From positions 1-24,422 of IMG/VR virus record IMGVR_UViG_3300020045_004810: 24,422 bases of DNA; one strand, written 5' to 3'. Position 1 is the first letter of the stretch. Each line of letters begins with the position of its first letter. A program made the position numbers and the translations under genes. Below the pieces are notes generated by a model. That model saw nothing but the letters and a program-made list of their open reading frames with translations. It did not search any database and had not been told where the DNA came from. Source of the stretch: a virus (lineage: Duplodnaviria; Caudoviricetes). Of the stretch, positions 15,787 through 24,257 are shown piece after piece.

Positions 15787-15964
15787 CACCGAATTATTAA
15801 ACGCTATCGACAGTCGAATAGCTAACTTGCAGATGAGTACTGCTAAGGTCAGTAAAATGACTCAAGATACAGAAGAATACCTAATGTGCCTATCGCGTGA
15901 AATAGCGTACCAAGAATGCCGTAATATTGTTTTATCTGTTTTAGGGGAGGCTGAAGAATGTTAA
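15779..15964 (+). CDS. Hypothetical protein (61 aa)
   Basis: Overlap-coupled ORF. Confidence 0.65.
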   Translation: MTNTELLNAIDSRIANLQMSTAKVSKMTQDTEEYLMCLSREIAYQECRNIVLSVLGEAEEC

Positions 15965-16176
15965 GTGCGGAGGAAATATTAATGGATAATTTGAACGCTT
16001 ATCAAGCTAATCATTTAGAGGAGATCACAATGTTTAAAGAATGGGTTATTCAGGCTATGAAGATCTACCGCAACCAAGGCATTCAACAAGCATCAGAGGT
16101 TTGCTCGGAAATGTTAACCGATGGATTTAGAATTAGTAATGTACCAGTCGTTTTGGCTTTAAAGGAGGAAATTTAA
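15958..16176 (+). CDS. Hypothetical protein (72 aa)
   Basis: Overlap-coupled ORF. Confidence 0.65.
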   Translation: MLSAEEILMDNLNAYQANHLEEITMFKEWVIQAMKIYRNQGIQQASEVCSEMLTDGFRISNVPVVLALKEEI

Positions 16177-16177
16177 G

Positions 16178-16405
16178 ATGGGAATACCTAGTAAAGAGCA
16201 AATAGAAGAAGCAGCCGAACAAGCTGGCACTAACCGTTTCAGTAAAATAAGTGGCAATACGTATCGGGACTTAGCTAACGAAGAACACTATTTCGTTGAA
16301 GGATTCACCGCTGGCGCAGCTTATATGGAACAACAACTAGAACCTATCATCACAGACTTAGAAATGCAAATCGTTAACCTTAAAAAACAATTAAATGAAA
16401 ACTAA
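16178..16405 (+). CDS. Hypothetical protein (75 aa; IEEAAE...GFTAGAAY motif)
   Basis: ORF track; the motif is common in Bacteroidota phage small proteins. Confidence 0.7.
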   Translation: MGIPSKEQIEEAAEQAGTNRFSKISGNTYRDLANEEHYFVEGFTAGAAYMEQQLEPIITDLEMQIVNLKKQLNEN

Positions 16406-16535
16406 CGACAATAAACCGAAAGTATGGCCTTTCGTTCAAGGCTGGGTATTATTAATGCTGCTGATATTCTTCTGCTTGGTAGCTTTTCATTACATGGGCT
16501 TGATTCATCCGACTAATGTATCAGGTGTTGAGTAA
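16395..16535 (+). CDS. Small single-pass membrane protein (46 aa)
   Basis: Hand translation MKTNDNKPKVWPFVQGWVLLMLLIFFCLVAFHYMGLIHPTNVSGVE. Confidence 0.55.
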   Translation: MKTNDNKPKVWPFVQGWVLLMLLIFFCLVAFHYMGLIHPTNVSGVE

Positions 16536-16557
16536 CAACAATGTGGCAAAAACTAAC

Positions 16558-16743
16558 ATGGATAATAACGAACTTCACAACGAAAAATTAAGGTTTAAGC
16601 TGCTACTTGAAATGATCGATCGGATCCAAGGAATACCGTTTCAATCTGAAGTAGGCAAATCTTTACAAGCAGATATGAAAGTTTGCTATGGCGAGATTAT
16701 AAGGCCGATCATAGTTGAAAAAATGAAAGAACTAGTAAAATAA
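16558..16743 (+). CDS. Hypothetical protein (61 aa)
   Basis: Start moved to ATG 16558, which has an A-rich context and no overlap. Confidence 0.6.
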   Translation: MDNNELHNEKLRFKLLLEMIDRIQGIPFQSEVGKSLQADMKVCYGEIIRPIIVEKMKELVK

Positions 16744-16745
16744 AT

Positions 16746-17417
16746 ATGAGTACAGAAATTCAAATATCAGAAACTAAAATGCCAACTATTCAGGAGTTAT
16801 ACACTAACCCTGAATTAGCGTTAAAACAAGATCAGGTTATGCATTACTTGAACCAGCAACCACCTGTTAAATGGGTCAAAGAACATCCATACATTAAAGG
16901 CTATAAATACCTTCCTATTGAAAAGATTGAGTTTTTACTTAAAAAGATTTACAAAAAATACCGTATTGAGATTCTTAGAGAAGGTACTTCCTTTAATGGT
17001 GTTTACGTTGTAGTTAGATTATGGTATCAGGATCTTATCTCTGGTGAAATGGACTGGCAAGATGGAATAGGCGCAATTCAACTACAAACAGCGAAAGGCA
17101 CTTCTCCTGCTGATCTTGCTAACATCAATAATGGTGCTTTGTCTATGGCCTTTCCGTTGGCTAAGACGATAGCTATTAAAGATGCTGCTGATTTATTAGG
17201 TGATATATTCGGGGCCAACTTGAATCGGAAGGATGTATTAGCATTCCAAATGGACACTAAGCTAACCGAATTAGTAAGAACTAAAGAGGAAGAAAGGGTA
17301 ATTCGTTTAATTGATAACTGCGAAACACTGGAGGAAATAGAAAGATATAAGAAACATTTAACCGAAAACATTCAACACTTTTACGAAGAAAAATGGAACG
17401 ATTTGCAAGAGAAATAG
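16746..17417 (+). CDS. Single-strand annealing protein, Rad52/Sak-like
   Basis: YKYLPIEKIEFLLKKIY...DGIGA...AKTIAIKDAADLLGDIFGANLNRK resembles the Rad52/22 fold signature; paired with an exonuclease. Confidence 0.75.
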   Translation: MSTEIQISETKMPTIQELYTNPELALKQDQVMHYLNQQPPVKWVKEHPYIKGYKYLPIEKIEFLLKKIYKKYRIEILREGTSFNGVYVVVRLWYQDLISGEMDWQDGIGAIQLQTAKGTSPADLANINNGALSMAFPLAKTIAIKDAADLLGDIFGANLNRKDVLAFQMDTKLTELVRTKEEERVIRLIDNCETLEEIERYKKHLTENIQHFYEEKWNDLQEK

Positions 17418-18259
17418 CCGATTCATTTAGAATCAGATGTAGTGCTACAAGTGATATTGTTGCTGGCGAAATTGGTTTATCTGAAAAACAACAAGCAAAG
17501 TTAACTGAGTTTAAAGATCGTTCGATTGGAATTGGCAGACCTTTAACTGCTAATATGAAAGCTGAAATGATTGAGCTTAAGATCAAAGAAGCTAATCCGG
17601 AATTACCTGAAGGAGCTAAAACTCATTGTAAGAAATGGCTTAAATCTTACTTATTCAATCGCCGTGAAGAACTGAAAAATAAGTACGTCAATAAAGGCAA
17701 TGAAGGTGAGGAAGATGGATTTACTTTAATGGCATTGCAACTTAAGCTGGGGATGGTCTATAAAAATACTGAGCGTAAACGTAATGAGTTTTCAGAAGGT
17801 GAATGCGACCTTAATCATAATCAAGTTATATTCGACAACAAATGCTCCTGGTCACTTGATACATTCCCAATGTTTGAAACTGAAATACCAGACCAAAAAT
17901 ATTGGTGGCAGTTACAGAACTATAGCACTCTTTGGACTGCTGAGAAACTTTGTCTTTGTTATACGCTTATAAATTCCAGCTACGAAGCAGTTGAGCAAGC
18001 TATTAAATGGGTAGATTCGCCAAATGAGAAATACAAAATAGCCGAGCGAATGGTCTACACTCAAAAAGAATTTGATGTTTTGAAAGATCATTTCTTCGCA
18101 ACATCCGATCTAAATACATTTGTTGAAATACCAGAAAAGAAGCGAATTAAAGCATTTTACTTTGATGTTGATACTAATGCTCATTCAGTAATTAAAACCC
18201 GCTCACAGATGTGCAAAGAATACATTTACCGCTTACTAATAGAGGCTGGATATAATTAA
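17393..18259 (+). CDS. Lambda-exo/YqaJ-like PD-(D/E)xK exonuclease
   Basis: IRCS...KGNEGEE...GECD...DNKCSW...YWWQLQNY motifs. Confidence 0.8.
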   Translation: MERFAREIADSFRIRCSATSDIVAGEIGLSEKQQAKLTEFKDRSIGIGRPLTANMKAEMIELKIKEANPELPEGAKTHCKKWLKSYLFNRREELKNKYVNKGNEGEEDGFTLMALQLKLGMVYKNTERKRNEFSEGECDLNHNQVIFDNKCSWSLDTFPMFETEIPDQKYWWQLQNYSTLWTAEKLCLCYTLINSSYEAVEQAIKWVDSPNEKYKIAERMVYTQKEFDVLKDHFFATSDLNTFVEIPEKKRIKAFYFDVDTNAHSVIKTRSQMCKEYIYRLLIEAGYN

Positions 18260-18347
18260 CCCCTATCCGTTGCAGGGTGAATAGCAACGTAAAAAAATCT
18301 ACTGCGAGAACGGAGGTAATTTAGCCTCCGTTGTAGAAAATATTAAT

Positions 18348-18692
18348 ATGCAAAGAATATCAACAGCAGATAAGCTAGTCTACATAAGAGAAAACTGGCG
18401 AACAATGACAGATCCTGCGATGGGGTTACATCTAGGTATAAGCGAAAAGAGAATATTCCAGCTTCGCAAAGAAATGGGATTAATGAAGTTTAAAGGCAGA
18501 CCGATGAATAATAAAATGATAGCCAATATTTTAGAGGCTTATTGTTCAGGGTATACAATTAGAAGAATATCAAAGAAGTTCGCCATTAAAGAACAATCAA
18601 TATTTAACTTAGTGGATACTCATTTGCAAACTTTAGACAGATCAATTAACACAATGGTTTTAGTATTAGAAAGCAAACTTAACTACGTGTAA
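18348..18692 (+). CDS. Tandem-HTH DNA-binding protein
   Basis: MTDPAMGLHLGISEKRIFQLRKEMGL and GYTIRRISKKFAIKEQSIFNLV. Confidence 0.7.
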   Translation: MQRISTADKLVYIRENWRTMTDPAMGLHLGISEKRIFQLRKEMGLMKFKGRPMNNKMIANILEAYCSGYTIRRISKKFAIKEQSIFNLVDTHLQTLDRSINTMVLVLESKLNYV

Positions 18693-18905
18693 ATGTACCC
18701 ACCCTACCAAAACACAGGAACACCAGTCAGATTAGATACGCTTAAACCTGGAGCTAAATATCGTTGCAATGGTTTCCCCTCGCAAAACACAATCATGGCA
18801 GAAATGGATACTTACCTTAAGATACAACGCCAAGATGGCTGGATTATTAATCTCAGCAAAGAGAATCCATTATACAAACAGATAGTTTATATCGACGCTA
18901 TATGA
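18693..18905 (+). CDS. Hypothetical protein (70 aa)
   Basis: ORF track. Confidence 0.65.
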   Translation: MYPPYQNTGTPVRLDTLKPGAKYRCNGFPSQNTIMAEMDTYLKIQRQDGWIINLSKENPLYKQIVYIDAI

Positions 18906-19006
18906 CCCCAGTAGAACTCGAATTCCACAACTGGCAAGATGGGTTAGATTGGGATTACAGTAACAGCATTGATACAAAAAGTGTGGTTCAATTAACGTTA
19001 TTTTGA
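18902..19006 (+). CDS. 34-aa acidic peptide ending in QLTLF (beta-clamp-binding-like motif)
   Basis: MTPVELEFHNWQDGLDWDYSNSIDTKSVVQLTLF; ATGA-coupled and fills the gap. Confidence 0.6.
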   Translation: MTPVELEFHNWQDGLDWDYSNSIDTKSVVQLTLF

Positions 19007-19009
19007 AAT

Positions 19010-19162
19010 ATGAAAAAGAAAGAATTCAATATAGATGAATATTTCTCTAAGCAGCTTGGAGGAATGACAGTTATTACAATTACGTTTTTATTAGCTATGG
19101 CGTTTATAAAACTATTAGCATGGTCAGGATTGTTAGGTGCTTATTTCTTTTATACATCATGA
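19010..19162 (+). CDS. Small membrane protein (50 aa)
   Basis: Hand translation MKKKEFNIDEYFSKQLGGMTVITITFLLAMAFIKLLAWSGLLGAYFFYTS. Confidence 0.55.
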   Translation: MKKKEFNIDEYFSKQLGGMTVITITFLLAMAFIKLLAWSGLLGAYFFYTS

Positions 19163-19323
19163 ACAAAATAGAACAATTAATAAACGACCTATATGATAGG
19201 TTAATGGATTTATCAACAATGCTAGTTAACACATATTGGTTTATGTTTAAGAAGCGTTGGGAATTATCTGCATACATCAAGCAAATAAAAGCATTACTAG
19301 AAGTAGCAACAAGTTATTTATAA
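19159..19323 (+). CDS. Hypothetical protein (54 aa)
   Basis: Start moved to ATG 19159 (ATGA overlap). Confidence 0.55.
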   Translation: MNKIEQLINDLYDRLMDLSTMLVNTYWFMFKKRWELSAYIKQIKALLEVATSYL

Positions 19324-19327
19324 TAAA

Positions 19328-19762
19328 ATGGAAAAGACTATAACATTACCATTAAAGGAATATGAGCAACTTATTGAAGATGCAAATATTAAGGATTTAA
19401 TATTTAAAGGAAAATCTGTTTTCTTAGATTTCAGTCAGCCATATCACCAACTAGATCAATATGGTTGGCGTAAAATGAATCGAGGATTCTATGTAAGGGT
19501 TATGAATCCAGATGAATGTATTAGGGCAATGGAAAGACGAATTCATGATATACACCAAGAAAACGAAAAGTTAAATACGGCCCTACAAGCTTTTGCCGAC
19601 AAAAAAGATCGAGAATGGTCAGATAAACAGGTTAAAATAGAATCAAAGCATTTATTAAAAAGACTTAAAATTACTCCGTTAGATATTCTAAGTTATTTAA
19701 TTTCTTTATTCATTCTATGGGGTTTTTTACAGGCATTAATTGAATTATCTAAATTACTATAA
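19328..19762 (+). CDS. Hypothetical protein with a coiled coil and C-terminal TM segment
   Basis: ORF track; hydrophobic C-terminus. Confidence 0.7.
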   Translation: MEKTITLPLKEYEQLIEDANIKDLIFKGKSVFLDFSQPYHQLDQYGWRKMNRGFYVRVMNPDECIRAMERRIHDIHQENEKLNTALQAFADKKDREWSDKQVKIESKHLLKRLKITPLDILSYLISLFILWGFLQALIELSKLL

Positions 19763-19763
19763 T

Positions 19764-19955
19764 ATGAAAACAGAAAGAGAAGTACAATATATCTTTAATA
19801 CACATCTTCAAATACAAAAGATGTTAAATGAAGATTTTGAAAAGAATAAAAGCCAAGATAGATTAGTAGCTATGGAAAAGAACGCTGCCATATTATCTAT
19901 GATAAGAAATATTTTAGGCTACTATAGTAATAAACCATTTGAATTTACACCATGA
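19764..19955 (+). CDS. Hypothetical protein
   Basis: Start moved to ATG 19764 (MKTEREVQ). Confidence 0.6.
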   Translation: MKTEREVQYIFNTHLQIQKMLNEDFEKNKSQDRLVAMEKNAAILSMIRNILGYYSNKPFEFTP

Positions 19956-20140
19956 AAATAGAAATAGATTACAGCGATTATATCACAATTACTAAGTTGA
20001 TAGATAAAGAGATTAACGTCTTATCTGATACGATTTCTAACAATAAGAATAGTTTCTTGGAAGATATATTAAGTAGAACTCAAAGGGAACTGCAGGAATT
20101 AAGTAATACTTTACATAAAGCACAACAGGAGGAATTTTAA
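19952..20140 (+). CDS. Hypothetical coiled-coil protein (62 aa)
   Basis: ATGA-coupled ORF. Confidence 0.65.
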   Translation: MKIEIDYSDYITITKLIDKEINVLSDTISNNKNSFLEDILSRTQRELQELSNTLHKAQQEEF

Positions 20141-20142
20141 TC

Positions 20143-20502
20143 ATGACAAAAGACTATTTAAATCTATTAAAAGAATCATTGAATATATTATTAGATGTAA
20201 TATATGAAATAGATGAAGGCAAAATTACAACAGGGGAAACTACACTTAGATATAAGTTAGTAACTGTTCAGAACTTATTAAGAGCAATAAATGAAAAGGA
20301 AATGAAAGATCTAATACTGATGGAAGAACAAAATAAACCACATACATTAAATTTCGAGTATTCTACTTCAAATAAACTACCTTTACAAAACGACTTACCA
20401 AATAATCAAAAAATAAGTTCAATAAGAGGTATTAAAGAAATACATTATGACGGCTTTTCTTTTAGAGTAACATTTAATCCCAACGCTGCCGGTACTGAAT
20501 AA
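20143..20502 (+). CDS. Hypothetical protein (119 aa)
   Basis: ORF track; last gene before the terminator. Confidence 0.65.
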   Translation: MTKDYLNLLKESLNILLDVIYEIDEGKITTGETTLRYKLVTVQNLLRAINEKEMKDLILMEEQNKPHTLNFEYSTSNKLPLQNDLPNNQKISSIRGIKEIHYDGFSFRVTFNPNAAGTE

Positions 20503-20520
20503 CTATCCCAGCCTCTTGGT

Positions 20521-20556
20521 AGCCTGTCACCAACTAATCGACAGGCTTTTTATTTT
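20521..20556 (+). terminator. Intrinsic terminator of the early rightward operon
   Basis: AGCCTGTC-N11-GACAGGCT-TTTTATTTT. Confidence 0.8.
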
Positions 20557-20562
20557 GATAAA

Positions 20563-20594
20563 ATTGTTAATTATAATTAATAATACTATATTTA
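20563..20594 (+). promoter_or_regulatory. Promoter with an embedded palindromic operator
   Basis: ATTG-N20-TATATTTA; TTGTTAATTATAATTAATAA (20564-20583) is 18/20 self-complementary. Confidence 0.5.
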
Positions 20595-20598
20595 CAAC

Positions 20599-20775
20599 AT
20601 GGATGTACAACTAAAAAACAAGGTAGAAAAGCGCATAAGATTGCTTGGATACAAAAAAGAGTTTGTAGCTAAACAGATAGGTTTAGATAAGGTTAGGTTC
20701 TCTCAAACATTATCAGGGGTAAGAAAAATTACTGCTGATGAGCAATTTTTATTGCTTAAATTTTTAGGTTTATAG
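20599..20775 (+). CDS. Cro/XRE-family HTH regulator (58 aa)
   Basis: Absent from the ORF track; MDVQLKNKVEKRIRLLGYKKEFVAKQIGLDKVRFSQTLSGVRKITADEQFLLLKFLGL has a classic XRE HTH pattern. Confidence 0.8.
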   Translation: MDVQLKNKVEKRIRLLGYKKEFVAKQIGLDKVRFSQTLSGVRKITADEQFLLLKFLGL

Positions 20776-20812
20776 GCTTTTTTGGCTAACAACTTTTTAA
20801 CAAAAATTAATT

Positions 20813-22096
20813 ATGCAACAAGAAAAGTTTCCATTAAAGTTCTTCCCAAAGCAAATGAAAGCAATCATATTAGAAGTATGCGACGTATTTCAGTTTAACC
20901 CTGATTTCTTAGCTTCATCTATATTATTAGCTTCATCTACCGCGATAGGAAATACCTTTCATATAACCGTTAAAGATGGATGGATAGAGCGAAACTCTTT
21001 ATTCTTAGCTATTGTAGCTTCTCCAGGTATAAATAAGTCGGCCCCTTTATCATGGGCTTTAAAACCTTTGGAAAATAAAGAAAAAGAATTATTTAAGAAA
21101 TATAAGGAATATCTGAAAGAATTTGAAGCAGATCCTGAGAACAAAGATAAGCCATCACCTACTTTAATTAAGACCATTGTATCAGATGCAACACCTGAAG
21201 CAGTAGTTCAGCAGCTAGATAAGAATGAGCGCGGAATATTGATCTATAATGACGAGTTGTCAGGATTTCTAAATACTTTCCAGCGTTACAGCAAAGGAAA
21301 TGACGAACAGTTTTATTTATCTGTATGGTCGGGGAAGCCCGTAGTTGTCGATCGTAAGACTTCTGCATCTATTCGTATAAATGAACCTGTTTTAAACATC
21401 GTAGGTACTATACAGCCATCTGTATTTGATAAGTCTTTCAATACTAAAGAAGATAGTGGATTCTTCGACAGGTGGTTAATCGTAAATCCTAAAAATGCTA
21501 AAAAAATGGCATGGACTGATGAGCAAATAAATCCTTTTACTTATGATGCCTACCATCGTGTTATAAATAACCTTTGTGATCTTAGGTTCCATGAAAATCA
21601 ATGGGGAGAAATGGAAAGCCAAAATCTGACATATTCTAGTGAGGCGTGGGAGCTTATAAAGCAATGGCAGTTCAACAACACCACTTCAATAAATAAAACC
21701 GATATGGATCATATTAGGGCTATCAGAGCAAAGATGGAAATATATGTACATAGATTTTGTACAGTAGCTCACCTTATACAATTTGCAGTAGATGAAAAAG
21801 CATTTGTAGATGCTAAGATTAATGAAGAATCGGCAGCTAAAGGAATTATGCTTTGTGATTACTTTATATCAAACGCGATAACTGCAAGATCAATGGATGA
21901 TAGTAATAATCTGCAAGATAATTGGAAAGAGTTATATGATAGATTGCCTAATGATGAAAAACAATTCACTTATGCTGACTTCGCTCAATATGCCGAATTT
22001 TTACAGATACCGGAAACATCTGCTAAACGATGGCTTAAATCACAAATTGGTAAAACTATAGTAAAAATCAAACATGGCACGTACGCTAAGAAGTAA
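20813..22096 (+). CDS. DUF3987 (YfjI-like) P-loop ATPase, putative replication helicase/initiator with a C-terminal wHTH-like tail
   Basis: FPLKFFP, Walker A-like ASPGINKS, SDATPEA, Walker B-like LIYNDELSGF, IVGTIQP and SGFFDRWL. Confidence 0.88.
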   Translation: MQQEKFPLKFFPKQMKAIILEVCDVFQFNPDFLASSILLASSTAIGNTFHITVKDGWIERNSLFLAIVASPGINKSAPLSWALKPLENKEKELFKKYKEYLKEFEADPENKDKPSPTLIKTIVSDATPEAVVQQLDKNERGILIYNDELSGFLNTFQRYSKGNDEQFYLSVWSGKPVVVDRKTSASIRINEPVLNIVGTIQPSVFDKSFNTKEDSGFFDRWLIVNPKNAKKMAWTDEQINPFTYDAYHRVINNLCDLRFHENQWGEMESQNLTYSSEAWELIKQWQFNNTTSINKTDMDHIRAIRAKMEIYVHRFCTVAHLIQFAVDEKAFVDAKINEESAAKGIMLCDYFISNAITARSMDDSNNLQDNWKELYDRLPNDEKQFTYADFAQYAEFLQIPETSAKRWLKSQIGKTIVKIKHGTYAKK

Positions 22097-22430
22097 ATAC
22101 CTTTCATTATTCATCGCGGTAATGGAATCAGATCCTAAGCATGAGTTCGAGATATATTATAAGTCATTTGGATACATTGATTCGGAATGGGAATGGTGCG
22201 CGGAAAAATTAGAAAGGTTAAAGCAATTAGTGGATTCGGATCTTACGGCCGACTTTAATAAAATAGCTGGTGTATTAATAGCTTACATCAGGTACAGGTT
22301 AAAAAATCCAGCACCTAAATATCAATACCCAATACCAGAATACAAACTTTCAGTTAATAAACCGATAAATAATCACAACTGGATAGGCTACAAATTGGAA
22401 GAATTAGATGTTTTTCTGTCTTATTTTTGA
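22074..22430 (+). CDS. Hypothetical protein between the DUF3987 gene and the origin
   Basis: ORF track; overlaps the DUF3987 stop. Confidence 0.7.
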   Translation: MARTLRSKYLSLFIAVMESDPKHEFEIYYKSFGYIDSEWEWCAEKLERLKQLVDSDLTADFNKIAGVLIAYIRYRLKNPAPKYQYPIPEYKLSVNKPINNHNWIGYKLEELDVFLSYF

Positions 22431-22758
22431 ACATTTGGACATTTGTGAACATTTTAAAACCGCATTATCAATATAATAAACGCAGAAAACACTATGAAAA
22501 GTCCAAATGTCCAAAATGTTCACTATAGAGAATATCGGTTAAAAAGATAGGTTGAACATGTTATATATATACATTATATATTAATTATTAATTAATATAT
22601 ATAATATAAAAGATATAATAACTTTAAATAAAAAAATATAGATTGTATTAAAAGCCTTTATTTGGACATTTTGAACATTTGGACATTTGACCCCATAATC
22701 GCAGTCTAATACTATTTAAACCCATAAAACAAAAGTTCATCAAAAGTCCAAAAGTCCA
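22428..22758. repeat. Putative replication origin: 13 TGRACWTT-type octamers in two inverted triplet pairs around an AT-rich core
   Basis: 3 forward copies (22428-22453), 44 nt, 3 reverse (22498-22522), 1 degenerate forward (22553), AT-rich core about 22561-22640, 3 forward (22663-22687), 44 nt, 3 reverse (22732-22758). Non-coding and downstream of the replication ATPase. Confidence 0.8.
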
Positions 22759-22764
22759 CTAATT

Positions 22765-22977
22765 ATGAAAACAATCTTACAATGGATGCAAGAGCTTCCA
22801 GAAACACAAAGAAAACAGGCACTACACAACATGACGTTATATCCCTATATGCCACACTCAACACAGGTCGGAAATTTAAAGTCTGCACTACTAAGAGCAT
22901 TTGTCTGGGGTAGAGGAAATGGTACTGCTCAATATTGGTCAGAGGTTTATAATGGCAATAATATTCAACTATTCTAA
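22765..22977 (+). CDS. Hypothetical protein (70 aa)
   Basis: ORF track; TAATG-coupled to the next gene. Confidence 0.7.
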   Translation: MKTILQWMQELPETQRKQALHNMTLYPYMPHSTQVGNLKSALLRAFVWGRGNGTAQYWSEVYNGNNIQLF

Positions 22978-23495
22978 TGGCTAAGAAGAAACCCATCACC
23001 CCCCTAAACGTCCTATCCGAAATGGACGCTATACAACGTAGGTTAGACTCGCCATCTATACCTGAGCATTACATCGTAGGTACTAAGTACACCGAGAAGA
23101 ATGCCAACGACATTGAGAAAGCTATTGAACGGTTTGCACGCATTACAGGCTTCTTAGCTGAACGAACTAAGACCCAGGGTAGACTTATGTCAGCTACATA
23201 CAAAGATACCCCTAATGGAAGATTAACGGTTAGTAAAGAAAAGTTCGTAACTTCGACTAGTAGGAAAGGATCTTCAGATATGAAGCTGCTTATACAGGGT
23301 AAGCCAATCTATTGTGAAATTAAGTTTGGTAAAGATACCCAGAAAGCAGATCAGAAGAAATATCAGCAAGATGTAGAACGAAATGGAGGGATTTACATTA
23401 TTGTTAAGACCTTTGAAGATTTCCTGATTTGGTATGTTAAACAATATGGCCGCCCAGAAGTAATGCAGATGGCTATTGATAAAATGAGATTATAA
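22977..23495 (+). CDS. VRR-NUC-like PD-(D/E)xK nuclease (probable junction resolvase)
   Basis: KGSSDM...YCEIKFGKDTQKADQKKYQQDVERNGGIYIIVKTFEDF. Confidence 0.82.
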   Translation: MAKKKPITPLNVLSEMDAIQRRLDSPSIPEHYIVGTKYTEKNANDIEKAIERFARITGFLAERTKTQGRLMSATYKDTPNGRLTVSKEKFVTSTSRKGSSDMKLLIQGKPIYCEIKFGKDTQKADQKKYQQDVERNGGIYIIVKTFEDFLIWYVKQYGRPEVMQMAIDKMRL

Positions 23496-23498
23496 ATT

Positions 23499-23717
23499 AT
23501 GTTAACATTCGAACAAATATCATTTTCGGCAAGTGGAAAGACTAAAATATTTGAAGTCAAGTCTGGGGGACTAATATTAGGTAAAATATCTTTCTTTGGT
23601 AGATGGCGCAAATATTGTTTTTATCCAGATAACGATACGCTATTCGATCATTTATGTTTAACTGAAATAGCAGAGTTTTGCAAGAAAGAAACTAATGTGG
23701 TATTTAAAAGGAATTAA
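23499..23717 (+). CDS. Conserved hypothetical phage protein (LGKISFFGRWRKYCFYP...FDHLCLTEIAEFC)
   Basis: Recurrent small phage family signature. Confidence 0.75.
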   Translation: MLTFEQISFSASGKTKIFEVKSGGLILGKISFFGRWRKYCFYPDNDTLFDHLCLTEIAEFCKKETNVVFKRN

Positions 23718-23718
23718 C

Positions 23719-23726
23719 TATATTTG
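23719..23726 (+). promoter_or_regulatory. -7 element of the packaging operon promoter
   Basis: TATATTTG in the gap, ending 18 nt before the terS ATG; no clear -33 box. Confidence 0.5.
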
Positions 23727-23744
23727 GATTTACAATAATTAACA

Positions 23745-24257
23745 ATGACTGAGCAGAGAAAGAGATTTGCAGATAAGTATTTTGAGACTTTAAACGGTTC
23801 TCAGTCAGCTATTTATGCTGGTTATTCAGAAGCTACATCAAGACAGAAAGCATATGAGATTCTTAATGATCCAGAAGTTGAAGAGTATTTATCCAATCTC
23901 AGAGCTAAGGAGGCAGCTAAACACGGCATATCAAAAGATAGATGGCTTTCTGAATTAGAGAATATAGGTTTTAGTAATATTCAAGATTTCATTGAAACAG
24001 GTAATACAATTAAAGATATTTCTCAAATTGATGAAAATAAAGCTAGGGCGGTTTCATCAGTAAAGAAAACTGTTACTGAAAGCGAATACGGTACCAAAGA
24101 AGTCGTAGAGTTTAAACTACATGACAAATTAAATGCTCTTGATAAAATTGGTAGGCACTTAGGTTATTTCGAGAAAGACAATGACCAATCTAAGCCTAAA
24201 ACAACAAACATCATTAACTTAGGTGGAGGCGTTAAACCTGATGAACCTACTACCTAA
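23745..24257 (+). CDS. terS: Terminase small subunit
   Basis: MTEQRKRFADKY...NGSQSAIYAGYSEATSRQKAYEIL...KLHDKLNALDKIGRHLGYF is the Terminase_2-type signature. Confidence 0.92.
   Translation: MTEQRKRFADKYFETLNGSQSAIYAGYSEATSRQKAYEILNDPEVEEYLSNLRAKEAAKHGISKDRWLSELENIGFSNIQDFIETGNTIKDISQIDENKARAVSSVKKTVTESEYGTKEVVEFKLHDKLNALDKIGRHLGYFEKDNDQSKPKTTNIINLGGGVKPDEPTT

Noticed and set aside
22428-22758. CRISPR array
   Set aside because: The repeats are 8-mers in both orientations without regular unique spacers, and there are no cas genes.
2085-23611. Antisense or nested ORFs from the track (2085, 3690, 7527, 8098, 9086, 11008, 13376, 13626, 14952, 15447, 17078, 17281, 17784, 20959, 21168, 21476, 22763, 23393)
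   Set aside because: They overlap better-supported genes on the opposite strand or in another frame and show no recognisable motifs.
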